Part shown: in pieces, positions 31,562-42,151 of the stretch | How the letters are laid out: every line of letters begins with the position of its first letter | Position numbering within the stretch: the stretch's first letter is position 1 | Assembly: GCA_016707895.1 (NCBI GenBank) | Contig: JADJGV010000034.1 | Span: 501,625-565,624 of the forward strand | Length of the DNA: 64,000 nt | Source of the DNA: Myxococcales bacterium | GTDB lineage: Bacteria > Myxococcota_A > Polyangia > Haliangiales > Haliangiaceae | Direction of reading: 5' to 3' | The notes under the pieces: generated by a model | Database searches by the model: none | Seen by the model: the letters and a program-made list of their open reading frames with translations, nothing else | What the model was told of the DNA's origin: nothing | Program-made: the position numbers and the translations under genes

Positions 31562-33025
31562 CTGACCATTGGCTACAAGTCCCCGGCGCCGTGACGGAGG
31601 GCGGTGACGGCAGCGGCGGCGGCCGCGACGCGCTCAAGCCCGCGCGTGATGATGCGGACGCCTGGTGGTCCGCCCGAGGATTTGCCCGTGTAGCCGCCGA
31701 TGTCGGCGATCCAGTAGACCAGTTGGCCGACGGTCGCGTCGGCACCGACGGTGACGCCCTTGGGCTTCCGGAGGAGGATGACGGCGTCGATCTCGTCGCG
31801 CGAGAACTCGGTCGCCGCTGGCAGTTCAGGGGTTGTGCGCGATAGCTGCTTGAGGTGTTCAGCCCGGATGGCCACGGTGGCCAAGACGGTAGCCCACTTG
31901 GTGAACGCCGCGACGCTGCGGAGCAGCGAGTCCTCGATGCCGCACGCGCCCGACTTCCAGGCCAGGTGGAACTCCTCGACGCGCCACCGCATCGTGTAGC
32001 CGACGATGACGTCGTGGGCCGCGGCCATCGTGACGACCGACCGGTTGGTCAACAGGCGCCAGTGGATCGGCTCGGCACCGTCGGGTTGATGCCGCTCGCG
32101 CGCCTCGAGCGCGGTCACCGCGAACTGCTCGAACGGGCCCATGCCCGATCGCCCGAGGGGCACGATCAGCTTGACCACACAGGCCCGAACGTCGACGAGC
32201 GCCGTGCGCGCAGCGCGGTCGCGCGTCGCGGGAACGCGCAGCGTATACGCACCCAGCCACCGGCTCGCGCCCAGGACCTCGTTGAGGCTGCGCGTCCCGG
32301 TGTCGGTTGCGACCCGCCGGTTCGACGACGCACGCACCGTGTAGGCCACGTCGAGGCGTGCGAGGTGGCGCAACACCGGCGTCGCGTCACCGCCGCGGTC
32401 GAGTTGGAACCACGGCAACGTCGCCGGCGCGAGCGCCGCCAGGGTCTCCGCACTCATCGTCAACACGTCGATCCAGCGCTGCAACTCGGTCTCTTCGACG
32501 GGCGGCCGCGCGTTGTGGGGTTGCGCGCGCTGCGACCACGACCGCGTCCAGATCGCCTGCGCACCCAGTCCGACCGGCACGCCCTCGGGACTCACGAGCA
32601 GCGCCGACACCGCCTGTAAGCCACTCACGCCGGTGTTGCGCGTCGACAGCGGCCCGAAGTGCGTGCCGGCGCGATCCGTCAGCCCCAGCGCGCTCTGGTC
32701 GACCGGGACGAACACGATGTTGAACGCCGCGGCGCTGCGCGCGCCCGCGCGAAACGCCGCCTGCTGCACTTCGTCTGCGACGACGGCGCGGTTCTCAAGC
32801 AACCGATACGCCGCCTCGCGTTCGGCGCCTTCGAAGACCTGGGTCACGCGGCCGTTGGGGCGCTCGCTCACGCCCGCGGCTATCTCGACCAACCGCGCGG
32901 TCCGTCGCGCGTCGCCGAGCGCTGCATCACCAAACGTCGACGTGGCCCACGCAAGCTGGCTATTCTGCACCTCGAGCAAATCCACGGCCTTGGGCCGAAA
33001 TTCCCGAGATGTGATCAATGGTCAG
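31562..33025 (-). mobile_element. IS4-family insertion sequence with about 11-bp terminal inverted repeats (CTGACCATTGG / CCAATGGTCAG-like) and a 10-bp target-site duplication GTCCTGGGGG
   Basis: Transposase ORF carrying the IS4 signature GYTMRWRVEEFHLAWK (Y-2-R-3-E-6-K). Terminal inverted repeats at 31562-31572 and 33015-33025. The direct repeat GTCCTGGGGG at 31552-31561 and 33026-33035 flanks the element. It sits inside a REP-like repeat copy. Confidence 0.8.
31573..33018 (-). CDS. IS4-family DDE transposase
   Basis: 481-aa ORF with the YxxRxxxE..K motif. Locally lower GC. The reported start is a TTG. Confidence 0.8.
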   Translation of the reverse strand: MITSREFRPKAVDLLEVQNSQLAWATSTFGDAALGDARRTARLVEIAAGVSERPNGRVTQVFEGAEREAAYRLLENRAVVADEVQQAAFRAGARSAAAFNIVFVPVDQSALGLTDRAGTHFGPLSTRNTGVSGLQAVSALLVSPEGVPVGLGAQAIWTRSWSQRAQPHNARPPVEETELQRWIDVLTMSAETLAALAPATLPWFQLDRGGDATPVLRHLARLDVAYTVRASSNRRVATDTGTRSLNEVLGASRWLGAYTLRVPATRDRAARTALVDVRACVVKLIVPLGRSGMGPFEQFAVTALEARERHQPDGAEPIHWRLLTNRSVVTMAAAHDVIVGYTMRWRVEEFHLAWKSGACGIEDSLLRSVAAFTKWATVLATVAIRAEHLKQLSRTTPELPAATEFSRDEIDAVILLRKPKGVTVGADATVGQLVYWIADIGGYTGKSSGGPPGVRIITRGLERVAAAAAAVTALRHGAGDL

Positions 33026-33090
33026 GTCCTGGGGGGAGGCTCGTCGGGGACCTGGCCCCGACGAGGGGGGCTGGGCGACCAGCCCCCTGC
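33026..33090. repeat. Right half of the second REP-like repeat copy (two hairpins)
   Basis: GGGGGGAGGCTCGTCGGGGAcctggCCCCGACGAGGGGGGCTGGgcgacCCAGCCCCCTG. The hairpin stems match the copy at 20136-20245 through compensatory changes. Confidence 0.55.
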
Positions 33091-33093
33091 CAC

Positions 33094-34049
33094 TCAGCGC
33101 ATGAACGTGCGCCGCACCAGGTCGACCGCGCGTGGCCCGAGGGTCTCGCCGCGCCACGCCAGCGCGCGCGACACCACCAGCGCCTTGTCGGCCGGGTTGA
33201 TCCGCGGCCGATCGGCGAACAGGCGCGGGCCGGCCGCGGCGATCTTGTCGAGGATGCGCATGCCGCCGTGCCACATCAGCGCCAGCTCGACCGCGAGGTC
33301 GGGGCCGACCACGTCGACCAGCGGGCGGGCGCGCTCGAACAGCGCCCGGGTGCGCGCCACCTCGTAGCGGACCAGCGCGCCGACCTGCGGCGTCGTGCGC
33401 CGGGCCTCGACGTCGGCCTCGCTGACGCCGAAGTGGCGCAGGTCCTCCTGCGGCACGTAGATCCGGCCCCGGGCGAGGTCGGCCGGCATGTCCTGGATCA
33501 GCCGCGCGAACGCCAGCCCGGTCGCCAGGTCGGCGGCGAACGCGTGCAGCTCGGGGGCGCGGTAGCCGCCGATGTACAACAGCAGGTGCCCGACCGGCTC
33601 GGCGGCCTCGCGGGTGTAGGCGCGCAGGTCGTTCCAGGTCGGGTAGCGCAGCGTCTCGAGATCGGTCCGGAACCCGGACACCAGCTTGACGAACTCGGTG
33701 ATCGGCAGGGCCAGCGACTTGATCGTCGCGGCCAGCGCGACGAACACCGGGTGCTCGGGCGGCTTGCCGAAGTAGGTCTGGTGCAGCAGCTCCTCCCAGC
33801 GATCGAGCTCGCGCGCGCGCCGGCCCTCGTAGGCCGGCTCGTCGGCGAAGTCGTCGGCGACCCGCGCGAACGCGAAGATCGCGAAGATGTGCTGGCGCAG
33901 GTTCGAGCGCGCGAAGATCGACGCCACCGGGAAGTTGTGGTGGTGGGCGCGGCACAGCGCCTCGCAGTAGCGGTAACAGGCGCCGACCTCGAGCGAGGGC
34001 GGCAGCGGGACGGCTTGGGCGGTGGCGCGGCGGTCGCCGATGCGGTGGA

Positions 34050-34056
<7 letters not shown>
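33094..34056 (-). CDS. Squalene/phytoene synthase family protein (HpnD/HpnC- or CrtB-like)
   Basis: YRYCEALCRAHHHNF, ARVADDFADE and the DxxxD-type motifs of trans-isoprenyl diphosphate synthase head-to-head enzymes. Confidence 0.7.
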
Positions 34057-35345
<1,289 letters not shown>

Positions 35346-35356
35346 GCGGCCGGACC

Positions 35357-36283
35357 TTAGGGCCGCGGCCCCGGGATGTCCACCCCGGTCGGATCGAGGG
35401 CGAGCGACAACGGGCACAGTCCGGCTTCGACGAGCGCGGCGGTCACCAGGTTACGCGCGAGCGCGGCCGGGCGCGCGATCACGACCAGATCGCCGCCGCC
35501 GGCGCCGGTGGTCTTGGCGACCGCGCCCAGCGGGGCCAGCCGGAGCTGCAGCGCGCGCACCGCGGCGGGGACCAGCGCGACGCCGGTGGTCGCCGCCAGC
35601 CGCGCGGTCGCCTCGGCGGCCGCGGCGAACCCGGCCAGCGCCGCCGGCGCGGTGGTGGCCCCCGCCAGCGCCGCCGACGCGGCGGCGATCGCGGCCAGCG
35701 CGGCGTCGACGCCCGGGCGCGCGCGGGCCGCGGTGACCGCGGCCACCAGCGTCGCGGTGTCGGCCGGCGCGCCGGTCCAGGCCACGTCGAGCGCCAGCCC
35801 GGCCGGCAGCGCGATCGGCGCCACCGCGCCGCGGGTGAACACGATCGCGCCGCCCCAGGTCGAGGCGGCGATGTCGGCGCCGCTGCCGGCGGCGCCGCGC
35901 CGGCCCTGCGCCGCCGCGTGGGCCGCGGCCGCCAGCCGTCCGACGTGCGCGCGATCGAAGGCGCCGACCGCGTGCAGCGCCGCGGCCACCGCGGCGACGG
36001 TCGCGGCCGCCGACGACCCGAGCCCCAGCTTGTGGCCGTCCTGGCGCAGCGCCTCGCTGTCGACGGTGACCCGGGCCAGCGCCGCGGCGGCCTCGGCGCC
36101 GACCTCGCGGCCGAGCTCCTCGGCGGCGGCGGCCAGGAACTCGGACAGTGCGACCGGCGCCGGGCCGACCGTCGCGCGCACCCGGCGATCGACCGCGATC
36201 ACCACCGCGGCGCCGCCGTCGAGCACCGCGTACTCGCCGGTCAGCATGATCTTGCCGGGCGCGGTGGCGATCACGCCGGCTCC
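35357..36283 (-). CDS. Phosphomevalonate kinase (GHMP kinase family)
   Basis: GKIMLTGEYAVLDGGAAVV and KLGLGSSAAATVA. Only the C-terminal third of ORF 35357..37270 is protein-like. Confidence 0.7.
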   Translation of the reverse strand, partial: GAGVIATAPGKIMLTGEYAVLDGGAAVVIAVDRRVRATVGPAPVALSEFLAAAAEELGREVGAEAAAALARVTVDSEALRQDGHKLGLGSSAAATVAAVAAALHAVGAFDRAHVGRLAAAAHAAAQGRRGAAGSGADIAASTWGGAIVFTRGAVAPIALPAGLALDVAWTGAPADTATLVAAVTAARARPGVDAALAAIAAASAALAGATTAPAALAGFAAAAEATARLAATTGVALVPAAVRALQLRLAPLGAVAKTTGAGGGDLVVIARPAALARNLVTAALVEAGLCPLSLALDPTGVDIPGPRP

Positions 36284-37263
36284 ACGCCGGGGCCGGCCGC
36301 CGCCGTGGTCACCGCGGTCACGCCGGGCACCGCCGCCATCGCCGCCGCGACCGCCGCGCCGTCGGCGGCGCGGGTCAGCACCTTGACGTGGGGGCCGGCG
36401 TCCATCGTCGCCCACGCCCCGACGCCGGCCGCGCGCAGCTCGCGCACCGCGGCCAACGCCGCCAGCGTCGCCGGCTGCCAGTACAGCACGGTCGGCCGCG
36501 ACGCGATCGCCGCCGCGTGCATCGCCAGCGCGCTGCCCTCGGTCACCGCGCCCAGCGCCTCGAGATCGCCGGCGGCGATCGCGGCTTCGGCGGCGCCCAG
36601 GTCGCCGTCGACGCACGCCACCCACGCGGCGTACAGCGGCGAGGTGGCGGCGCAGTGATCCATCGCGTCGCGCGAGCCGTGGGTCTTGGCCGCGCCGCCG
36701 CCGACCTCGGCGACGATCATCCGCAGGTCGGCGACGAACGCTGGCGCGGCGGCGATCGGCGTGGCGATCGCGTCGTCGCCGTCCGCGCGGGCGCCGGCGT
36801 GCATCCGCACCAGCCCGCCGTAGATCGAGCGCGCGGCCGAGCCGGAGCCCAGCCGGGCCAGGCGCGACAGCGCCGCGCCGTCGAGGTCGAGGCCGGCGGC
36901 GCGGGTCGCGGCCAGCGCCAGCGCGGCGAAGCCCGAGGCCGACGACGCCAGCCCCGACGCGGTCGGGAAGTGGTTGACGCTGTCGATCGCGGCCCGGGCG
37001 TCGACGCCGGCCAGCTCGCGCACCCGATCGAGCCAGGTCGTGGTGCGGGCCAGCACCTTGGCGCTGGCGGCGGCGCCGTCGAGGGTCATCGCGTCGGCGG
37101 CCAGCGCGGGATCGAAGCGCACGGTCGTGACCGTGGTCAGCGCGTCGAGCGTCAGCGACAGGCTGCCGGCCGCCGGCAGGTTGCGCACGCCGTCGCGCTT
37201 GCCCCAGTACTTGACGAGCGCGATGTTGGCGCACGCGCGCGCGGTGAACGAACGACCGATCAT
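36271..37263 (-). CDS. Diphosphomevalonate decarboxylase
   Basis: NIALVKYWGKRD and GLASSASGFAALA. Confidence 0.8.
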   Translation of the reverse strand: MIGRSFTARACANIALVKYWGKRDGVRNLPAAGSLSLTLDALTTVTTVRFDPALAADAMTLDGAAASAKVLARTTTWLDRVRELAGVDARAAIDSVNHFPTASGLASSASGFAALALAATRAAGLDLDGAALSRLARLGSGSAARSIYGGLVRMHAGARADGDDAIATPIAAAPAFVADLRMIVAEVGGGAAKTHGSRDAMDHCAATSPLYAAWVACVDGDLGAAEAAIAAGDLEALGAVTEGSALAMHAAAIASRPTVLYWQPATLAALAAVRELRAAGVGAWATMDAGPHVKVLTRAADGAAVAAAMAAVPGVTAVTTAAAGPGVEPA

Positions 37264-38183
37264 GGAGCACCTCCCAGCGTCGTGACGAAGCCGTCGGCGC
37301 CGAGCGCGCGCCACGCGGCCACCACCGCGTCGGCGCGGTCGGGGGCCAGCGCGATCACCGCGCCGCCGCCGCCGCCGCCGGTGAGCTTGGCCCCGAGCGC
37401 GCCGGCGCCGCGGGCGCCCGCGACCAGCGCGTCGAGCCGCGCGGTCGAGACGCCGAGCCCGGCGAGGTGGCGGTGGCCCTCGTCGAGCGCCGCGCCCAGC
37501 GCCGGCCAGCCGGCGGCGCCCGCGGCCAGCTGCCCGACCGCGGCGTCGGCCAGCGCGCCGAGCCGCGCCAGCGTCGCGTCGGTCGCGGCGGGCGCGGCGG
37601 CCCGGGCGTCGGCCACCCGCGCCACCATCGCCGCGGTCGAGCGCGGCTGCCCCGACAGGCCGATCACCAGCGGCAGCGGCGGCGCCGCGATCGCGGTCAG
37701 CCCGGCGCCGCGCACGAACCGGCCGAGCCCGCCGGCGCTGGCCAGCGCGGCGTCGAGGCCGCTGGGGTTGCCGTGGAAGCTGCGCTCGGCGCGGTTGGCC
37801 AGCTCGGCCACCGCGCCGTCGTCGAGGGCCAGCCCGCGCGCGCCGGCCAGCGCGCGGACGATCGCCACGCACAGCGCCGCCGACGAGCCCAGCCCGGCGC
37901 CGGCCGGCACGGTCGCGGTCGCGGTCACGAGGACGCCGTCGGCCACGCCCACGCCGTCGCCGATCGCCCGCAGCGCCGCGGCCACCGGGTGATCGTCGCC
38001 GGCGGTCACCGCCACCGCGAACGCGCCGGTCACGGTCAGCGCCAGCGGGCCGGGCCGCGCCGCGGCCACCGCTTCGACCCCGCGATCGATCGCGCCGGCC
38101 ACCGCGGCGTGGCCGTACACCGCCGCGTGCTCGCCGAGCACGATCACCTTGCCGTGGCCGTGGCCGCGGGCGCCGGCGATCAC
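37260..38183 (-). CDS. Mevalonate kinase
   Basis: GKVIVLGEHAAVYG and AGLGSSAALCVAIV. The GTG start overlaps the IDI stop (GTGA). Confidence 0.75.
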   Translation of the reverse strand: MIAGARGHGHGKVIVLGEHAAVYGHAAVAGAIDRGVEAVAAARPGPLALTVTGAFAVAVTAGDDHPVAAALRAIGDGVGVADGVLVTATATVPAGAGLGSSAALCVAIVRALAGARGLALDDGAVAELANRAERSFHGNPSGLDAALASAGGLGRFVRGAGLTAIAAPPLPLVIGLSGQPRSTAAMVARVADARAAAPAATDATLARLGALADAAVGQLAAGAAGWPALGAALDEGHRHLAGLGVSTARLDALVAGARGAGALGAKLTGGGGGGAVIALAPDRADAVVAAWRALGADGFVTTLGGAP

Positions 38184-39268
38184 GGCCGCGCCACGCCCAC
38201 CGCGGGCAGGCCGAGATCCTCGAGCCACCCGCGCAGCGGCGCGCCCAGGTGCCGCGGCGCCGCGCGCAGATCGGCGACCCGGCGGCTGCCGGTCAAGAGC
38301 ATCACCGCGCGCACCGACGCGATCACCCCGGCCAGGAGCTCGCCGATCGCCTCGACGCCGCCGGCGCGCTGCGCCCGCAGCACCGGCGCCGCCAGCCCGC
38401 CCAGCGCCGCGCCCAGCGCCAGCGCGCGCGCCACGTCGAGCCCGCTGCGCAGCCCGCCCGACGCGATCGTCGTGAGCCCGTGGCTGGCGCACGCCACGGT
38501 GGCCACCGCGGTCGGCACGCCCCAGTCCCACAGCTCGGTGCCGAGCGCCCGGGCCCGCGAGCCCTCGGCCGCGCGCCGCGCCTCGACCGCGACCCAGCTG
38601 GTGCCGCCGGCGCCGGCCACGTCGACGGTGGTCACGCCGACGAACTTCAGCCGCGCCGCCGCCTGCGCCGACAGCCCGCAGCCGGTCTCCTTGACGATCA
38701 CCGGCACCGGCAGCGCGTCGACCAGCCGGGCGATCGTGTCGACCGCGCCGCGGAAGTCGCGATCGCCGTCGGCCTGGATCAGCTCCTGGCCGGGGTTCAG
38801 GTGGATCGCCAGCGCGTCGGCCTCGATCTGCTTGATCAGCTCGATCACCCGCGCGGTGCCGAGCGCCTTCGCTTGCACCACGCCGAGGTTGCCGATCAGC
38901 ACGACCCCCGGCGCGACGTCCTTGACCCGGAACGTCGCCAGGAGCTCGGGGTGCTCGGCCATCGCCCGCTGCGAGCCGACGCCCATCGCGAGGCCGGCGG
39001 CGGCCGCGGCGGTCGCGACCTCGCGGTTGATGCGCGCCGCGGTCGCGGTGCCGCCGGTCATGCCGGTCACCATCACCGGCGCGGCCAGCCGGTGGCCACA
39101 CAGCTCGACGTCGAGCTCGAGCTCGTCGGCGGCCAGCTCGGGCAGCGCCTGGTGCACCAGGTGGACGTGCTCGAGCAGCGTCGTGCGCTCGGCGAAGTCG
39201 GCCTCGCCCGAGGCCGCGACCTCGAGGTGATCGGCCTTGCGCCGCGCGATCGCAGGTTCGTCGACCAT
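38180..39268 (-). CDS. fni: Type 2 isopentenyl-diphosphate delta-isomerase (FMN-dependent)
   Basis: Full-length IDI-2-like 362-aa ORF with a TIM-barrel flavoprotein pattern (VIVKETGCGLS, AGAGGTSW). Confidence 0.85.
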   Translation of the reverse strand: MVDEPAIARRKADHLEVAASGEADFAERTTLLEHVHLVHQALPELAADELELDVELCGHRLAAPVMVTGMTGGTATAARINREVATAAAAAGLAMGVGSQRAMAEHPELLATFRVKDVAPGVVLIGNLGVVQAKALGTARVIELIKQIEADALAIHLNPGQELIQADGDRDFRGAVDTIARLVDALPVPVIVKETGCGLSAQAAARLKFVGVTTVDVAGAGGTSWVAVEARRAAEGSRARALGTELWDWGVPTAVATVACASHGLTTIASGGLRSGLDVARALALGAALGGLAAPVLRAQRAGGVEAIGELLAGVIASVRAVMLLTGSRRVADLRAAPRHLGAPLRGWLEDLGLPAVGVARP

Positions 39269-39321
39269 CGCCGGTTTCTAGCACGCTGCCGCCCCGCCGG
39301 CGGCCGGGCGCCGGCCGCGCG

Positions 39322-40203
39322 TCAATACACCATCAACAGCACCAGCGCGCCGAACGCCAGGCCGTTGAGCAAGAACAGCGGGTCGCGCAGCATCGCGTCG
39401 GTGGGGCTGTCCTCGCCGGCCTTGCGCAGCGCCAGGTCGGCGAAGCGCAGGATGCCGACGGCGCCGAGCGGCGCGGTCCACACCAGGTTGCGGGTGCCGA
39501 AGAAGCGGATGGTGTGCGCGTCGAGCGTGTACGCGACGTACGCGCCGATCGTCGCCAGCGCCAGCACGATCATCGACCACTGCACCGCCGTCGGGTGGTA
39601 GCCGGCCAGCGCCGCGCGGGTGGTGCCGACGTCGCGGCCGGCCAGCTTGGCGCGGGCCAGCTCGTGGGCGCGCTTGCCCAGCCCCAGGAACATCGCCAGC
39701 AGCCCGGTGCACGCCAGCAGCCACGGCGACGGCGCGACGCCGATGGCCGCGCCGCCGGCCATGACCCGCAGGATGAACCCGGCGGCGATCAAGATGACGT
39801 CGACGAACGCCACCTGCTTGAGCTTGAAGCTGTAGGCCAGGTTCTGCGCGAGGTACACGCCGGCCCACACCCCCGCCATCGGCGCCAGCGCGAACGCGGT
39901 GCCGAGGCCGGCCAGCGCCAGCACCGCCGCGACCACCAGCGCCGCGCGCTCGCCGAGGTGCCCCGCGGCGATCGGCCGCTTGCACTTGGTCGGGTGCGCG
40001 CGATCGGCGGCCACGTCGAGCACGTCGTTGAACGCGTAGACCGCGCCGGCCAGGGCGCAGAACGCCGCCACCGCCAGCGCGGCGCGCAGCGCGTAGTGCC
40101 CGTCCGCGAGGTGCTTGGCGAACACCAGCGGCGCGGCCACGAACACGTTCTTCACCCACTGGTGTGGGCGGAGCGTCTTGAGGACTGCGCGGGCCGGGCT
40201 CAT
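39322..40203 (-). CDS. UbiA-family integral membrane prenyltransferase
   Basis: NDVLDVAADRAHPTKCKRPIAAG (NDxxDxxxD ... KxxRP) and multiple TM helices. Confidence 0.75.
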   Translation of the reverse strand: MSPARAVLKTLRPHQWVKNVFVAAPLVFAKHLADGHYALRAALAVAAFCALAGAVYAFNDVLDVAADRAHPTKCKRPIAAGHLGERAALVVAAVLALAGLGTAFALAPMAGVWAGVYLAQNLAYSFKLKQVAFVDVILIAAGFILRVMAGGAAIGVAPSPWLLACTGLLAMFLGLGKRAHELARAKLAGRDVGTTRAALAGYHPTAVQWSMIVLALATIGAYVAYTLDAHTIRFFGTRNLVWTAPLGAVGILRFADLALRKAGEDSPTDAMLRDPLFLLNGLAFGALVLLMVY

Positions 40204-40272
40204 CGGCGAGCGCGCGGTGTTAGCACGGGGCTCGACGCGATGCCGAGTTCCCGGCGCCAACCGTGCGGTGGG

Positions 40273-42150
40273 CTACGGCGCGACCGCGGCAGAACCCGTG
40301 CCCGTCCCCGAACCCGAACCCGTCGCCGTGCCCGTCCCCGATCCCGTCCCCGATCCCGATCCCGTCCCCGATCCCGTCCCCGATCCCGATCCCGTCCCCG
40401 ATCCCGATCCCGTCCCCGATCCCGTCCCCGATCCCGCGCCCACGCCGGCGTCGCCATCGTCGGCGGCCGGCGCGGCGTCCTCGGTGTCGGTGTCCTCGGT
40501 GTCGGTGTCCTCGGTGTCGGTGTCCTCGGTGTCCTCGTCCTCGTCGTCCTCGAAGTCGCCGCCGTCGTCGGCGCCGCCGTTGGCCTCGACCCAATCGGCG
40601 ATCTTCGCCGTCTCGCAGGCCTTGGCCTCATCCGGCGCCTTCTTGCGGCAGTTGGTGACGTCGGTGAACAGGCCCAGGCAGTTCTCGCGCTCGAACTCGT
40701 CCTCGATGCCCTTGCACTCGTCCTGCTTCTTGACCGTGCCGTCGGGCAGGGTGACCTCGTCGACGTTGATCACCGCCTGGGCGCTGGACTTCACCACCGC
40801 CACCAGGCCGTCGAGGGTCCCGGTGGGCTTGGGCGGCGGCACCACGGTCAGGCTCGGCACGTAGGTCACGATCAACAGCGCCGCCATCACGGTGAACATG
40901 AATGGCAAGGTCGCGACCGTGACCTCCAGCAACGGTTTTCGAAACTTGAAGCTGGAGATGAACAGGTTGAGGCCGATCGGTGGGTGCAGGTAGCCGATCT
41001 CGAGGTTGAGCAAGAAGATCACGCCGAGGTGGTACGGGCTGACGTCGTACTCGTGGGCCACGGGCGCGATCAGCGGCACGACGATCAAGATCGCCGAGAA
41101 GATGTCCATGACCATGCCGGTCAGGAGCAAGAGCCCGTTGAGCGCCAGCAGGAACGCCCACCGCGAGTCGATGTGGTCGCGGGTCCAGTGCACCAGCTTG
41201 GCGGGGACGCCCGCGGTCACCAGGTAGTTGGTCAGCGCGGTCGCCGAGTAGATGATGATGAAGATCGCGCCGATCAGCGCCATCGACTCCTTGGTGATGG
41301 CCCACAGCGCCTGGGGCTTGAGGTCGCGGAAGATGCCCATCTCGACGATGATCAGGTACAGCACCGTCAGCGACGCGATCTGCGAGATGTCGCCGACGCC
41401 CTTGGCCAGGCCCAGCAAGATCAAGATCGGCAGGAAGATCACCGGCAGCGCGCCGGGCAGCGAGGCGAACAGCTCGCCCCACTCGAACTTCTGGCGCGGC
41501 ACCTTCTTGATGATCGCGATCGCCACCACCAGCGCCGACAGCATCAGGATCAGCAGCGCGCCCGGGATGATGCCGGCGAAGTAGAAGCGCTCGGTGGCCC
41601 ACTCCCATTGCCAGTTCTCGGGCTTGGGCTGGATGCGCTGCAGGCCATAGATCGTGCCGAACAGGATGATCGGCAGGGCCGGCGGGAACAGCAGGCCGAC
41701 CGAGCCGGTGCCGGTCACCAGGCCGAGCGCGAACCGCTCGGGGTACCGCTGCTTGATCAGCGCCGGCATCAACAGGCCGCCGAGCGCGACGATCGTGACG
41801 CCCGAGGCGCCGGTGAACGTGGTGTACACCGAGCACGCCAGGATCGTGACGATGCCGAGCCCGCCCGGCACCCAGCCCAGCGCGGCGTTGGCGAAGCGCA
41901 CCAGCCGCTCGGCGGTCTTCGACGCGGCCATCACGTAGCCGGCGTAGATGAACAGCGGGATGCTCGAGAAGATCGTCGACTTGTCGCCGGTGCCGAGGCT
42001 GAAGAACTCGTAGGCGAAGCCGCCGAAGTCCTTCTCGAAGCCCTTGGTGCCGGTCTCGGCGCCGATCGCGGTCAAGAACAACATCACCGCGAACAGCGGC
42101 GAGCCGGCGACGAACGCCAGCACCAGCAGGATGATCAGGAGCGTCAGCAT
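40273..42150 (-). CDS. dctM: TRAP transporter large permease DctM with an unusual C-terminal extension of about 190 aa (Cys-rich segment, acidic TEDTD repeats, GSGTGSG repeats)
   Basis: DctM-like polytopic core followed by DECKGIEDEFERENCLGLFTDVTNCRKK...ACETAKI, then EDTDTEDTDTEDTDTED and GSGTGSGTGSGSGTGSG encoded by DNA tandem repeats. Confidence 0.8.
   Translation of the reverse strand: MLTLLIILLVLAFVAGSPLFAVMLFLTAIGAETGTKGFEKDFGGFAYEFFSLGTGDKSTIFSSIPLFIYAGYVMAASKTAERLVRFANAALGWVPGGLGIVTILACSVYTTFTGASGVTIVALGGLLMPALIKQRYPERFALGLVTGTGSVGLLFPPALPIILFGTIYGLQRIQPKPENWQWEWATERFYFAGIIPGALLILMLSALVVAIAIIKKVPRQKFEWGELFASLPGALPVIFLPILILLGLAKGVGDISQIASLTVLYLIIVEMGIFRDLKPQALWAITKESMALIGAIFIIIYSATALTNYLVTAGVPAKLVHWTRDHIDSRWAFLLALNGLLLLTGMVMDIFSAILIVVPLIAPVAHEYDVSPYHLGVIFLLNLEIGYLHPPIGLNLFISSFKFRKPLLEVTVATLPFMFTVMAALLIVTYVPSLTVVPPPKPTGTLDGLVAVVKSSAQAVINVDEVTLPDGTVKKQDECKGIEDEFERENCLGLFTDVTNCRKKAPDEAKACETAKIADWVEANGGADDGGDFEDDEDEDTEDTDTEDTDTEDTDTEDAAPAADDGDAGVGAGSGTGSGTGSGSGTGSGSGTGSGTGSGSGTGSGTGTATGSGSGTGTGSAAVAP
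40290..40560. repeat. Coding hexanucleotide and 12-bp tandem repeats (GATCCC/GTCCCC units and gtcctcggtgtcggt units) that encode the DctM tail
   Basis: Directly visible periodic DNA. GC is locally lower. Confidence 0.7.
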
Positions 42151-42151
42151 G

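Noticed and set aside
40290-40560. Possible CRISPR array or non-coding satellite because of the perfect short repeats
   Set aside because: The repeats are 6-12 bp with no spacers and lie in-frame inside the dctM 3' coding region, where they encode GSGT and TEDTD peptide repeats. This is not CRISPR.
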